Below are positions 28,570 through 37,848 of a DNA stretch of 64,000 nucleotides, in pieces (the stretch's first letter is position 1; each line of letters starts with the position of its first letter). The DNA is from a virus (Duplodnaviria > Caudoviricetes). The DNA lies in the IMG/VR virus record IMGVR_UViG_2867988698_000004, positions 32,001 through 96,000 of that record; one strand, written 5' to 3'. Both the position numbers and the translations under genes were made by a program. The notes under the pieces were generated by a model that saw only the letters and a list, made by a program, of their open reading frames with translations, made no database searches and was not told the origin of the DNA.

Positions 28570-29298
28570 ATGACGATCACGCACCCCACCGCCACCGCTG
28601 CCGGCGAAGCCGCACCGACCGCCGAGATTCCCGCCGACCTGCGATCCCAGGGCGTGAGTCACCCGGTGCCGTGGACGACCACCGAAACCGCGCGTGAACT
28701 GGCCGGCCGGGTACTGGCCGACCACGCCGCCGCCCGGCGGGAGATCATCCGCAACCCCCACCTCGACATCGGCTGGTTCCGTGACGCGGCCGCCAGCCTG
28801 CTCGACGCCGTCCAGGCGGTCATCGGCCCGGCCGTGGCCATCGAGAACACCTTCCTGGTGATCAAGTGGCCCGGAACCGCGTTCGAGGTCCCCTGGCACC
28901 AGGACGGCATCGACCGGCGGATCGAGCTGGACCCCGGCCGGTCGGTGGCGGCGTGGCTGGCCCTCACCGACGCGACCCCCGCCAACGGCTGCCTGCACAT
29001 CGCCCCCGGCTCCCACCGCCTCGGGTACCTGCCGTACGAGCTGGAAGACGATCACGGGGCCGCGCGCGGCAGGGCAGGCCGCTCCGCAGGCTTCACCGGA
29101 GAGCACGAGGCGGTCGCGATCCCCGTCGCTGCGGGCGACGCCGTCCTCATGGACGTCCGCCTGCTGCACCGCTCCGGCAGCAACACCACCGACCAGGCCC
29201 GCGTCGGGCTCAACGTCCGCTACGTCGCCCCCGGCGGCCTGCGGATGCGCGACCACACGACCCCCAGCCTCACCCCGCTCACGGGAACCGGCTGGTGA
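28570..29298 (+). CDS. PhyH-family Fe(II)/2OG dioxygenase
   Basis: PWHQD, WLALTDATPANGCL, PGSH, LHRSGSN..R. Confidence 0.9.
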   Translation: MTITHPTATAAGEAAPTAEIPADLRSQGVSHPVPWTTTETARELAGRVLADHAAARREIIRNPHLDIGWFRDAAASLLDAVQAVIGPAVAIENTFLVIKWPGTAFEVPWHQDGIDRRIELDPGRSVAAWLALTDATPANGCLHIAPGSHRLGYLPYELEDDHGAARGRAGRSAGFTGEHEAVAIPVAAGDAVLMDVRLLHRSGSNTTDQARVGLNVRYVAPGGLRMRDHTTPSLTPLTGTGW

Positions 29299-29327
29299 CC
29301 ACCCACCTCAACCCAAGGGAGCAGCCC

Positions 29328-29780
29328 ATGCACACGCCCACCACCACGGCGACGGGCGCCGTCGACCTCGACCACCTCGACGGCCTGCCGATCCGCATCC
29401 GCGTCCTGGTCGGCGCCGACGCCGACCCCGTACGGCTGGCCGGCAAGACCCCGATCGCCAAGTCCGACTGCCGCTACTACTGCCCGGACAAGGCCACCGC
29501 CCAGCGCGTCATCACCGCCCTGCAGGCCTCCGACGAGCGGCTGCGGAACCGCCCCGAGGAACTGATGCTCTGGGACTGGGAGTGCACCTGGTGGGAGCCC
29601 GAGCCCGGCAACCCCAACGGCGGCGGGACCGTCCACCTGGGCGTCGCTTGGTTCGACCCCGCGTTCTTCGCCGACCGCCGCGACGCCTGGTTCGGCGCCA
29701 TGCACACCCGCATCTACCAGGAGCTGGGCGTGCCGCTGGAGAACATCACGGTCACCCACTGGACCGCCCTCACCAACTGA
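29328..29780 (+). CDS. Hypothetical protein (Trp-rich)
   Basis: AAGGGAG RBS, 150 aa, followed by a hairpin. Confidence 0.7.
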   Translation: MHTPTTTATGAVDLDHLDGLPIRIRVLVGADADPVRLAGKTPIAKSDCRYYCPDKATAQRVITALQASDERLRNRPEELMLWDWECTWWEPEPGNPNGGGTVHLGVAWFDPAFFADRRDAWFGAMHTRIYQELGVPLENITVTHWTALTN

Positions 29781-29800
29781 CCCCACCCCACCCCACCGGA

Positions 29801-29831
29801 CACCCTCCGGCCGGAACACGGCCGGAGGGTG
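29801..29831 (+). terminator. Stem-loop terminator
   Basis: CACCCTCCGGCC / GGCCGGAGGGTG 12-bp stem followed by a pyrimidine tract. Confidence 0.7.
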
Positions 29832-29926
29832 CTCGCTTTCCTGTATCTTCGGTCGCCTGGCCTCTCCCAGACCTTCCACCGGCCACACTGGTCACTGCAC
29901 TGTCGCCGTGACCGAAGGGGCCGCTC

Positions 29927-30721
29927 GTGAACCCGATCCTCACCCGTCTCGGGCTCGCCGACCACGACCCGCAGCTCCTGCACGACCGCAGAGGCACCAC
30001 CCTCTACCGGGCCGGCGACACCGCCGTGAAGATCACCAGCGGGCTCATGGCCGGCAGGGAGGGCGAGATCCTGCGAGTCCTGGGCGCCGAGCCCTACCGC
30101 GACCACGGCTGGGACGGCGAACGGTCCTGGCTGGCCCTCCGCTGGATCGACGGCATCAGCCTGTGGGACGCACTGGACCCCGCCCACCAGGACGTCACCC
30201 CCGCCACCCGGCACCGGATACTCACCAAAGTCGGCGCGGCCGTACGCGCCCTGGCCGACCTGCACGCAGTGGGCTGGACCCACGGAGACCTGCAACCAGA
30301 CCACATCATCTTCGAGGGCGACACCACCCACCTCATCGACCTGGCCTGCGCCCAAGGCCCGGCCGACGTGCCGTTCTACGTCCACCGAGGCGGCCTGGCC
30401 CACACCACCGCACCCGAGATCGCCACGGCGATCCTGACCTCCGACGACCACGTCGCCACCACCCCCCAGGCCGACATCTGGTCCCTGGGGGCCTCGCTCT
30501 GGTGGTCCTGGACCCGTACCACGCCGATCGCCTACACCGACCCGGCCGCCCGGCGCCCGCAGCTACTGGCCGACGTCGCCGCCGCCCGCCGCGCCGACCT
30601 GACCTCCACCCGGCCGTGGCCGTTCCCCCAACTCGAAGAACTCATCATGGCGTGCCTGGCGGCCGACCCCGGCAGCCGGCCCACCGCCAAGGAGCTGGCC
30701 TCCCGATTCCCCCGGGCCTGA
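29927..30721 (+). CDS. Ser/Thr protein kinase-like protein
   Basis: AVKI, HGDLQPDH, IDL, APE, ADIWSLG. Confidence 0.85.
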   Translation: MNPILTRLGLADHDPQLLHDRRGTTLYRAGDTAVKITSGLMAGREGEILRVLGAEPYRDHGWDGERSWLALRWIDGISLWDALDPAHQDVTPATRHRILTKVGAAVRALADLHAVGWTHGDLQPDHIIFEGDTTHLIDLACAQGPADVPFYVHRGGLAHTTAPEIATAILTSDDHVATTPQADIWSLGASLWWSWTRTTPIAYTDPAARRPQLLADVAAARRADLTSTRPWPFPQLEELIMACLAADPGSRPTAKELASRFPRA

Positions 30722-31078
30722 GCGGGATGCCTCAAGCGCTCGTCGGAGGGCGTTGTTGCGGACCTCGGCGGCGGAGGTGAGGGCGGCGGCCAGGTCCTCG
30801 CTGGTGTAGCCGGCGGGCAGCAGCAGGGGACTCGGCTCCTCCCGGCCCGGGTCCTCGTCGTGCCACCAGGGATAGCCGAGCGGGCACCGGTACCGCAGCA
30901 CCCCACCACGCAGCAGCTCCGGCATCGGCAGCGTCCTGACGGGCAGCGGCTCCTGGACGTCCCGGCGCCGTGCGGCCAGGACGTCGTCCATCCAGTCCGG
31001 TTCCAGACGAGCCAGAGGGGAGACCAGGACGGCGTCCAGCGGATCATCGCCCTGGTCCGGCGTCCTACGGTGGGTCAC
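30563..31078 (-). CDS. Hypothetical protein (possibly degenerate 3' end)
   Basis: ORF after the lipoprotein; overlaps the kinase 3' end antisense. Confidence 0.35.
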   Translation of the reverse strand: MTHRRTPDQGDDPLDAVLVSPLARLEPDWMDDVLAARRRDVQEPLPVRTLPMPELLRGGVLRYRCPLGYPWWHDEDPGREEPSPLLLPAGYTSEDLAAALTSAAEVRNNALRRALEASRSGPGESGGQLLGGGPAAGVGRQARHDEFFELGERPRPGGGQVGAAGGGDVGQ

Positions 31079-31097
31079 GTCGGGCAGCCTACGCGGG

Positions 31098-31619
31098 TCA
31101 GCCGCACTCGCCCCGCTGCTTCTTCTGGGCGGCGAGCTTGTCGACCCCGAGCCGATACCCGTCGAGGGTCTTCTTGTCCGGCATGAACCCCCACCGGCCG
31201 CCCTCGTACACGTACCGATAGGAGAACTTGAAGCCCAGCCGGTCGATCCGCACCGTCGCGGTGGTCTTGTCCGCCGACAGCCGCACCGCCTCAACCTTCA
31301 TCGGCACGTTCTGCGCCGGCTGCGGGCACAGCTCGAACAGCCGCACATAGTTCTGCTGGCTGAGAACCTTCTGTGCCTCGGGGGCCCACAGCTGCCAGGT
31401 GCCCTCATAGTCACCGGCAGCGTAGGCGTCGGCGTGCTCCTGGGCGGCCTGGCGGGCGGCGGCCTCCGTCTGCGGCTGCTGCGGCGCCGACGAGGCCGGC
31501 GCCGGGGCGGCCTTGGACGGGGCGGCAGCAGCGTCCCCTCCGCCGGAGCCGTTCCCGCCGCACCCCACGGTGACGACGGCAAGAACCGGCAGCAAGACAG
31601 CAGACAGCACCCGACGCAT
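31098..31619 (-). CDS. Lipoprotein (NTF2-like domain likely)
   Basis: MRRVLSAVLLPVLAVVTVGC signal peptide/lipobox, Ala/Pro linker, YVYEGGRW. Confidence 0.8.
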   Translation of the reverse strand: MRRVLSAVLLPVLAVVTVGCGGNGSGGGDAAAAPSKAAPAPASSAPQQPQTEAAARQAAQEHADAYAAGDYEGTWQLWAPEAQKVLSQQNYVRLFELCPQPAQNVPMKVEAVRLSADKTTATVRIDRLGFKFSYRYVYEGGRWGFMPDKKTLDGYRLGVDKLAAQKKQRGECG

Positions 31620-32103
31620 CAAGAACCCCCACAGGTTTCGGACGCCCAGACAGGGCGCCGACTCGACGGCCCGCACGCTAACAACAGCCGCACCCGCCGC
31701 ACCGCCGGAACGCCCGAACACGAGCGTGGCTGGGACAGGACAGCAGAGCCAGGGACTTTCCAATGAAAGTGACACAAATCCCTGCAATACGGACAACTCT
31801 TGCGTTTGCGCCATTAACACCTTGTGAAAGCCTTCGCAAGGCCTGTTGCCACAAGAAGCGGTAAGCACTTGTGCAAGCACATCAAAGTTGTGGCACTCTT
31901 GGTCGACACAAGATATAGCCCCGCGCGGTAGGCGCCGCCGGGGCCGTGGTTCGTTCCTTGTGTGGAAGGAAGAACGTGGCTGAGCGTAGCAACGCCTTGT
32001 GGCGCGTGCAGCGATACCGCCCACACGGCTTCCCTGCGTGTCTTCTCTGCAAGATCACCGAGCGCGGCGACCGCCTCAAGGTAAAGATCATCCGGAGAGT
32101 GGA

Positions 32104-33963
32104 TTGAGCCGCCGCCGGTTCAGCGGCTCCGAGCGCGTTGCCTTGTACCTGGCGGCCGGCGGAGCATGCACGTCTTGCGGCACCGAGCTACTCCCGGGCT
32201 GGCATGCCGATCATGTTCATCCATACTCGCGCGACGGCGAGACCGACGTGATCAACGGTCAGGCTCTCTGCCCCGCCTGCAATCTCAAGAAAGGCAGCTC
32301 AGTGACCGAATTGCGCAGGTGGCAGGCCGATGCTCTGGTCGACCTGCTCCGCAACCCTTCCGACTTCCTGTGCGTCGCCACCCCGGGGGCGGGCAAGACC
32401 ACCTGGGCGCTTACCGCGGCCCGCAAGCTGATCGAACGAGGAGAGATCACCGGCATCATCGTCGTTGTTCCCACCTCGCACCTGCGTCGCCAGTGGGCCA
32501 CCGCAGCCGCGCGTATGGGCATCCAGTTGGACCACCGCTTCACCAACGGCAACACGGTCGTGGCCAAGGACTTCGATGGCGTCGCCGTCACCTACCAGAC
32601 CGTGGCGGCCAGTCCTCTGCTGTGGCGACGCATCTGCACCACTAAGCCCACTCTGGTCATCCTGGACGAGGTGCACCACGCCGGCGACGACGACCACTTG
32701 ACGTGGGGTCCGGCACTCAAGAACGCGTTCGAGGAGGCCGCCCGGCGCATCTTGCTGTCGGGGACCCCGTTCCGCTCAGACCGCAAGGCCATCCCCTTTG
32801 TACGCTACGACGAGGAACGGAAGGCGGTCCCCAGCTACAACTACGACTATGGGCAGGCCCTCATGGACAGAGAGGTTGTACGGCCCATCGCCTTCCCCGC
32901 CTTGACAGGCCAGGTTCGCTACCGCGAAGCCGGCGCCACGGTCTCCCTCGACCTCGCCGATGCCGATGACGAGAGGCTCAGCAAGGCGCTGGCATCCGCG
33001 CTCAACCCGACCGGAGAGTGGATCCCTTCGGTCCTGCGACGTGCCGACGAGGAGTTGACCCGCCAGCGTAGTGAGGTGCCCGATGCCGGCGGCCTGGTAG
33101 TCGCCGCCGACCAGGGCAAGGCCCGAGCCTACGCGCAGATCCTCGCCAGGATCACCGGAGAGGAGCCGACGGTGGCGATCTCCGATGACCCGGACGCTTC
33201 CGAGCTGATCAGCCGGTTCGCCAAGGACAGCACGCGTTGGATCGTCGCCGTCCAGATGGTCTCCGAAGGCGTCGACATCCCACGCCTGGCGGTTGGTGTC
33301 TACGCCTCCCGCATCCGGACGGAGATGTTCTTTCGCCAAGTTGTCGGGCGCTTCGTTCGCATGCGTGGTACCGAGGACGAAACGGTCGCGACCCTGTTCA
33401 TCCCCTCCGTCCAGCCTCTGTACGGGTACGCCCAGGAGATCGAGAAGACCGTCAACATCGCCCTGGCCGAAGAAGAGGAGCGTGTGCGGCAGGAGCTCAA
33501 AGAAGGCGGAGTTCAAACCTCCCTGCAAGTCGACCTCGTTGAGCCGCTCGACTCCTCCGAGGCCGTCCACCACGCCACGATCCTGTCGGGCGAGGAGTTC
33601 ACCGAGGCTGAGCTGCAACGCGCTAGCGCCGCAGCCGAGCAGGTCGGGCTCCCCTCCAGCGTCTCTCCCGCCCAGGTCGCTCAGCTGCTGCGGATGGGAG
33701 GCGCCGGGCGAGTCATCGGTACAGCCACCGTGCAAGCCCCTCATTCCGGGTCCGATCAGGGTCGCACGCTGGCGGACCAGAAGGCCACGCTCCGACGCCT
33801 CATCAATAAGAAGGTCGGCAGGCTCGTGTACGCCACTGGCCAACAGCACTCTCACGTGCACGCCACCCTGAACCGGATCTTCGGCGATGACGCCAAGACC
33901 GCAACCGTTCAGACGCTGACCGGGCGTCTGGACCAGCTCGACAAGTGGCTGGAGCAGGCATGA
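32104..33963 (+). CDS. HNH endonuclease-SF2 (DEAD/ResIII-like) helicase fusion
   Basis: CTSC..HADHVHP..NGQALCPACN HNH; ATPGAGKT, LDEVHH, SGTP, SEGVDIP, QVVGRFVR; TTG with GGAG RBS. Confidence 0.88.
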   Translation: MSRRRFSGSERVALYLAAGGACTSCGTELLPGWHADHVHPYSRDGETDVINGQALCPACNLKKGSSVTELRRWQADALVDLLRNPSDFLCVATPGAGKTTWALTAARKLIERGEITGIIVVVPTSHLRRQWATAAARMGIQLDHRFTNGNTVVAKDFDGVAVTYQTVAASPLLWRRICTTKPTLVILDEVHHAGDDDHLTWGPALKNAFEEAARRILLSGTPFRSDRKAIPFVRYDEERKAVPSYNYDYGQALMDREVVRPIAFPALTGQVRYREAGATVSLDLADADDERLSKALASALNPTGEWIPSVLRRADEELTRQRSEVPDAGGLVVAADQGKARAYAQILARITGEEPTVAISDDPDASELISRFAKDSTRWIVAVQMVSEGVDIPRLAVGVYASRIRTEMFFRQVVGRFVRMRGTEDETVATLFIPSVQPLYGYAQEIEKTVNIALAEEEERVRQELKEGGVQTSLQVDLVEPLDSSEAVHHATILSGEEFTEAELQRASAAAEQVGLPSSVSPAQVAQLLRMGGAGRVIGTATVQAPHSGSDQGRTLADQKATLRRLINKKVGRLVYATGQQHSHVHATLNRIFGDDAKTATVQTLTGRLDQLDKWLEQA

Positions 33964-34517
33964 GCCCGAAGGCCAACGCGGTCTTGGTCGAAGCGCTCAG
34001 TTCATCCCTCAGGTACGGAGGAAACGCCCTGAAGCAGGTCCCGGACCTGGTCAAGCAGATCCTTGCCGAAGGGGCTTGGCGAGAGTTCGTGACACCACGC
34101 GGCGAGCTTGTCCGTCATGACCGGTTCGTGGACTTCGTCACCGCTCCGCCGACAAGAGGTATCGGCGCGACGGTGGACCTGGTGCGTCGGCTCGTGGCGG
34201 ACGACACGCAAGCGCTCGACCTTCTCGATCAGGCGTTGCAGAATCCATCATCTCACCATGCCGGTAATAATATACCCAGCAGGCCAGAGGGGACCTCGCA
34301 GGCGAAGGCGCTTCGGCGCCTACGCAAGGACAGGCCAGACCTTCACGCCCAAGTCCTCGCCGGAGAACTCTCCGCACACGCAGCCATGATCAAGGCTGGG
34401 TTCCGCCCCAAGACCTTCACCGTCCGCGGCGATCGCCCCGATTCGATCGCCCGCACCCTCCGCAAGAACCTGTCACCCGAGCAGCTCGCAGAGCTTCGGC
34501 AACTGCTGGATGAATGA
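33960..34517 (+). CDS. Hypothetical protein coupled to the helicase
   Basis: ATGA overlap; LRRLRKDRPDL..V.AGELSAHAA. Confidence 0.8.
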   Translation: MSPKANAVLVEALSSSLRYGGNALKQVPDLVKQILAEGAWREFVTPRGELVRHDRFVDFVTAPPTRGIGATVDLVRRLVADDTQALDLLDQALQNPSSHHAGNNIPSRPEGTSQAKALRRLRKDRPDLHAQVLAGELSAHAAMIKAGFRPKTFTVRGDRPDSIARTLRKNLSPEQLAELRQLLDE

Positions 34518-34580
34518 CCTTCGGTTTTGGGGGTTCCAACGATCTGACTGCGGACTACCCCTGTGCGGCAGCCCGGTGGG

Positions 34581-35129
34581 TCAAGGGGTGTCCTCCGGGT
34601 CGGGGCAGCACTCGGTGAAACGCACGTACACGGTCTGCTGGCCGCCGGCGCAGCCGCCGTCCGGACCCATCGGCGTATACTCCCCCGCCATCACGTCCAG
34701 GCCGTCGTTGCCAGTGTAGGGGAAACAGCAGGCCAGGGCCTGCCGCATCGCAGCCGCGTCCGACAGGAGCTTCTCCGCGTCATCGAAAACGTCGGCGCAG
34801 CTGGGCGGATTGCCCTGGTCGTCCAGCACCGACACGCACCGGTAGACGCCCATCACCAGCTCCATACCCCAGCCGCCGGCAGCGTCGCAGGGCTCCAGGG
34901 TGGTGGACGGCTGCGGAAACCGGGCAGCGGTCGTCGGGTAGATCCTCCGCACCTGCACCCACGCCTGCCCCTCCCCCTCCTCACAGCCGCAGCAGTGGTC
35001 GACGGGAACCGTGGCGCCCGGATACACGCAGCAGCGGCAGGCCGCCCCGCCCACCGTCCCGGGCAGCTGCGCGCACAAGCAGTTCAGCAGCCGCTCCGCG
35101 AGCGGCATCACGGCATCGGTCACGGCCAC
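34581..35129 (-). CDS. Tail terminator-like protein
   Basis: GQAWVQV, GVYRC, GPDGGCAGG; 16 Cys in 182 aa; follows the adaptor. Confidence 0.7.
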   Translation of the reverse strand: MAVTDAVMPLAERLLNCLCAQLPGTVGGAACRCCVYPGATVPVDHCCGCEEGEGQAWVQVRRIYPTTAARFPQPSTTLEPCDAAGGWGMELVMGVYRCVSVLDDQGNPPSCADVFDDAEKLLSDAAAMRQALACCFPYTGNDGLDVMAGEYTPMGPDGGCAGGQQTVYVRFTECCPDPEDTP

Positions 35130-35917
35130 GTGGTTCTCCTCGGGGGCCGGTAGTCGGGGCTGTAGACGCGGGAGCGGCCGGTCAGCCGGTGAGGGTTGAC
35201 GGCCTTCACCCAGGTGTCAACCTCAGGGATCCCGGTCAGGCCCTGCTCCAGGAAGTCCATCGGGTCCACGACGGTCATCTGCACGCCGTCGCGGGTGATC
35301 TGCTGGACCCGCTTCGGAAGCTGGCACGGCCCACCTGTGCAGGCTTTGAGGAGTTCGCAGGCGTAGACGCCGGCGGCGTACTGTCCGGCCGGAGGGACCG
35401 GGACGCCCCAGGTGTAGGTGACGGCGAACGCGCCCGGCGCGTCGTGCGGCATCTCCAAGTCCTGGCAGTCCGGCCAGCACTCCCCGTCCGTGCGGATGAG
35501 GAGGCGGTGGTCGTCCACCCGGTAGCCGCCCGGGTCCACCAGCTGCCCGTCCACCCATACCTCGGTCACGTCATGGACCGGTGCCGGGAGCAGGACCTCG
35601 CACAGCGGGGAGCAGCCGCATTCGGTGGTGCAGGTGCCGCAGCGGGCGTTGCACCAGACGCCGTCCCGCATGTACGGGATGAAGGGCGGCGCGGCGGGGC
35701 TGCCCGCCCATACCGGCAGCGCGGCCTGGTCGGCGCACTTGCGGCGGCACGGCCGGACGGTCACCGGGCACAGGCCGAAGCGCATTCCGGTCAGCCGCCA
35801 CAGGATCTCGGTGGCGACGCGGCGGGCGAACTCCCGGTCCTCCTCCGAGGCGTCCTCCCATGCGTCGCAGCAGCCGGCGTCGATCGGCCACTGGCAGGGT
35901 TCGACCCGGATCGCCAC
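35120..35917 (-). CDS. Head-to-tail adaptor
   Basis: ATEILWRLTG..FG.C..TVRP, CQLP.RV..ITRDGV, TGIPEVD.W..AVNP. Confidence 0.8.
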   Translation of the reverse strand: MAIRVEPCQWPIDAGCCDAWEDASEEDREFARRVATEILWRLTGMRFGLCPVTVRPCRRKCADQAALPVWAGSPAAPPFIPYMRDGVWCNARCGTCTTECGCSPLCEVLLPAPVHDVTEVWVDGQLVDPGGYRVDDHRLLIRTDGECWPDCQDLEMPHDAPGAFAVTYTWGVPVPPAGQYAAGVYACELLKACTGGPCQLPKRVQQITRDGVQMTVVDPMDFLEQGLTGIPEVDTWVKAVNPHRLTGRSRVYSPDYRPPRRTTWP

Positions 35918-35943
35918 GCCGCCCTCCTCTCCGTGATGTGTGG

Positions 35944-35990
35944 TGGTGCGCCCGCCCCGCACACGCCCGAGCCCTCGGGCGGGCGCACCA
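35944..35990 (-). terminator. Long stem-loop between the major tail block and the adaptor
   Basis: TGGTGCGCCCGCCC / GGGCGGGCGCACCA 14-bp inverted repeat. Confidence 0.6.
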
Positions 35991-35994
35991 CGCC

Positions 35995-36717
35995 TTACCG
36001 CCGCCCCGGATACCTGCGGGGCGGGACCGGCGGCGGGGTCTGCTCGTACGGGCTGGGGCGGGTGAACCGGCCACGAACGAACCGCCCCGCAGCCCCCCGC
36101 CAGCTGGTGGGCATCGTGCTCAGGAACGTCCCGCTGGTGGGGAACCCGCCGGCGTGGATGACCTTGACGTCCGGGGCCCGCCAGCCGCCCAGCCCGGCGA
36201 GGTTGCCGTACAGGGTCCGTTTGTGCACCACGTCCAGGCCCTTGCCGACCTCCAGGGCGGCGAGCATCCCTGCCTTGTCCACCGGCATTGGGACGTGCAG
36301 CTCATACGACAGCGGATCCGGGCAGCCGAGGCTGGCCAGCAGGTCCCGGGTCTCCCGCATCCCCCGCAGGTACGCCCCAGAGGAGCGGCGCGCGTAGTAC
36401 ACCTCCACGTCGCGCACCGGCCCGCGGTGCAGCACCGGCACCCGATCGATGGGCCGCATGACGTAGATGTCGTCGTTGCTGAGGATGAACGGGTCGCTGA
36501 TGTCGGGGTGCTCGCACGCCACCCGGACCGCGAGGGTGCTGTTCTGGTACTTGGTGCCGGTCTGGCGGGTGGGGATGTGCTCCACCCCCACCGCCCAGGA
36601 CGGCCGGTACCCCACCAGCCAGATCCGGTCATGCGGCGCGTGCGCGGCAATGCTGCGCAGCGCGAACCGCAGCTCCTCGGCGGGCTCCCCGACCCGGACC
36701 GGGATCACCCAGTCCAT
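35995..36717 (-). CDS. Stealth/glycosyltransferase-like protein
   Basis: MDWVIP..EELRFALRSI, FILSNDDIY, YELHVPM. Confidence 0.6.
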   Translation of the reverse strand: MDWVIPVRVGEPAEELRFALRSIAAHAPHDRIWLVGYRPSWAVGVEHIPTRQTGTKYQNSTLAVRVACEHPDISDPFILSNDDIYVMRPIDRVPVLHRGPVRDVEVYYARRSSGAYLRGMRETRDLLASLGCPDPLSYELHVPMPVDKAGMLAALEVGKGLDVVHKRTLYGNLAGLGGWRAPDVKVIHAGGFPTSGTFLSTMPTSWRGAAGRFVRGRFTRPSPYEQTPPPVPPRRYPGRR

Positions 36718-36722
36718 GGCCG

Positions 36723-37415
36723 TTAGGACTCGTCCACGGTCAGCGGCTGGCACCCGCACAGCACCGGCGGAGGCGCGATGGTCGTCAGGTGCATGTCCAT
36801 GTGGTCCTTCGGCCCAATCGGGGTCAGCAGCGGCCCCGCGGTGTTCGTGGCGTTGACGGCGTCAACGTTGTACGGGCCGACGCCCCATCCGCTGCCGGCC
36901 TTCGTCCGGCCGCTGAATGTGAATGTCGTGGCGTCGTTTTCGATGGTGAAATCACCGATGACCCCGGACGCGACCCAGGGCAGCAGGAAATACCCCCAGG
37001 GCTTGGCGCCGGTCACGCCGCACGCCTGCCCGGGAATATCCGACCAGAGCTCCAGCGCGAACCCCTCGTCGCACTGGACCTCACTGCTGATGCGGTTACC
37101 GACCGCCTCGCCCGCATGGTCGAGCACCGTCTCGTACCCGGTCATCAGGCTGAACAGGTCGGGATCCACGGCACAGAACTGGGCCTCGATGTTGATCCAC
37201 CGCAGCTCCGGGCACCCCTGGTCCGAGATGCACAGGGTCCCGTCGGCCTTGCGGACCTCGATGTCCTCGCCCTCGGCGATCTCCGGGCTGAACTCGATGG
37301 ACACGAACCCATCGGTCACGACCTGAGAGCACTGGCCGGGGACGGGGACGCCACATACGTCGACCCTGGTGGCGCGCAGGCGCCGGCCGCGGACGCTGTT
37401 CCAGCAGACAGTCAT
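36723..37415 (-). CDS. Major tail protein
   Basis: VRGRRLRATRVDVCG, FCAVDPDL, FALELWS, WGVGPY; synteny. Confidence 0.85.
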   Translation of the reverse strand: MTVCWNSVRGRRLRATRVDVCGVPVPGQCSQVVTDGFVSIEFSPEIAEGEDIEVRKADGTLCISDQGCPELRWINIEAQFCAVDPDLFSLMTGYETVLDHAGEAVGNRISSEVQCDEGFALELWSDIPGQACGVTGAKPWGYFLLPWVASGVIGDFTIENDATTFTFSGRTKAGSGWGVGPYNVDAVNATNTAGPLLTPIGPKDHMDMHLTTIAPPPVLCGCQPLTVDES

Positions 37416-37437
37416 GGGGCTGGACCTCTTCTGGAGA

Positions 37438-37471
37438 CCCGGCCCCTGGCCAGCGGCTCAATGCCAGATTA
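37438..37471 (-). promoter_or_regulatory. Leader motif copy 5
   Basis: -10 TAATCT; 22 nt before the major tail ATG. Confidence 0.8.
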
Positions 37472-37596
37472 TCGCCCCGGCCCGCCTATTCCACGGACCC
37501 GCTACCGGCGCACTTTATGCTTTATCGTGTTGCGTTCTGCACGCTATGCACGGCGTTTCATGTTCGCTATTTATCGCCGTGTTGCATTGTGTGCTT

Positions 37597-37633
37597 TAGA
37601 CTGCTGTCAGATAGCTGCTGGCCAGGGGCCGAG
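37597..37633 (+). promoter_or_regulatory. Leader motif copy 6, plus strand (TAGACT...GCTGCTGGCCAGGGGCCGAG)
   Basis: Divergent copy, 23 nt before the ATG at 37657. Confidence 0.72.
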
Positions 37634-37656
37634 CCCACACCGGGGAGGACCCCGCG

Positions 37657-37848
37657 ATGGCCAGCCCACCCCCACCCGAGTTCTGGACGGTCGCCGAGGT
37701 CGCCGCGCAGCTGCGGGTCCACCCCGTCACCGTCCGGCGCCTGGCCGCCGCCGGACAGTTCGCCGGCGCCGTCAAGGTCGGTCGGCAGTGGCGTATCCCC
37801 GCCGGCTCCGTCCCCGCCACGAACGCCACGGGGGTGGCGGATGGATGA
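37657..37848 (+). CDS. Excisionase-like HTH_17 DNA-binding protein
   Basis: FWTVAEVAAQLRVHPVTVRR..AVKVGRQWRIP. Confidence 0.88.
   Translation: MASPPPPEFWTVAEVAAQLRVHPVTVRRLAAAGQFAGAVKVGRQWRIPAGSVPATNATGVADG

Noticed and set aside
37582-37587. TTGCAT as the -35 for the plus-strand motif promoter
   Set aside because: Only 9 nt from the TAGACT hexamer, too short a spacer
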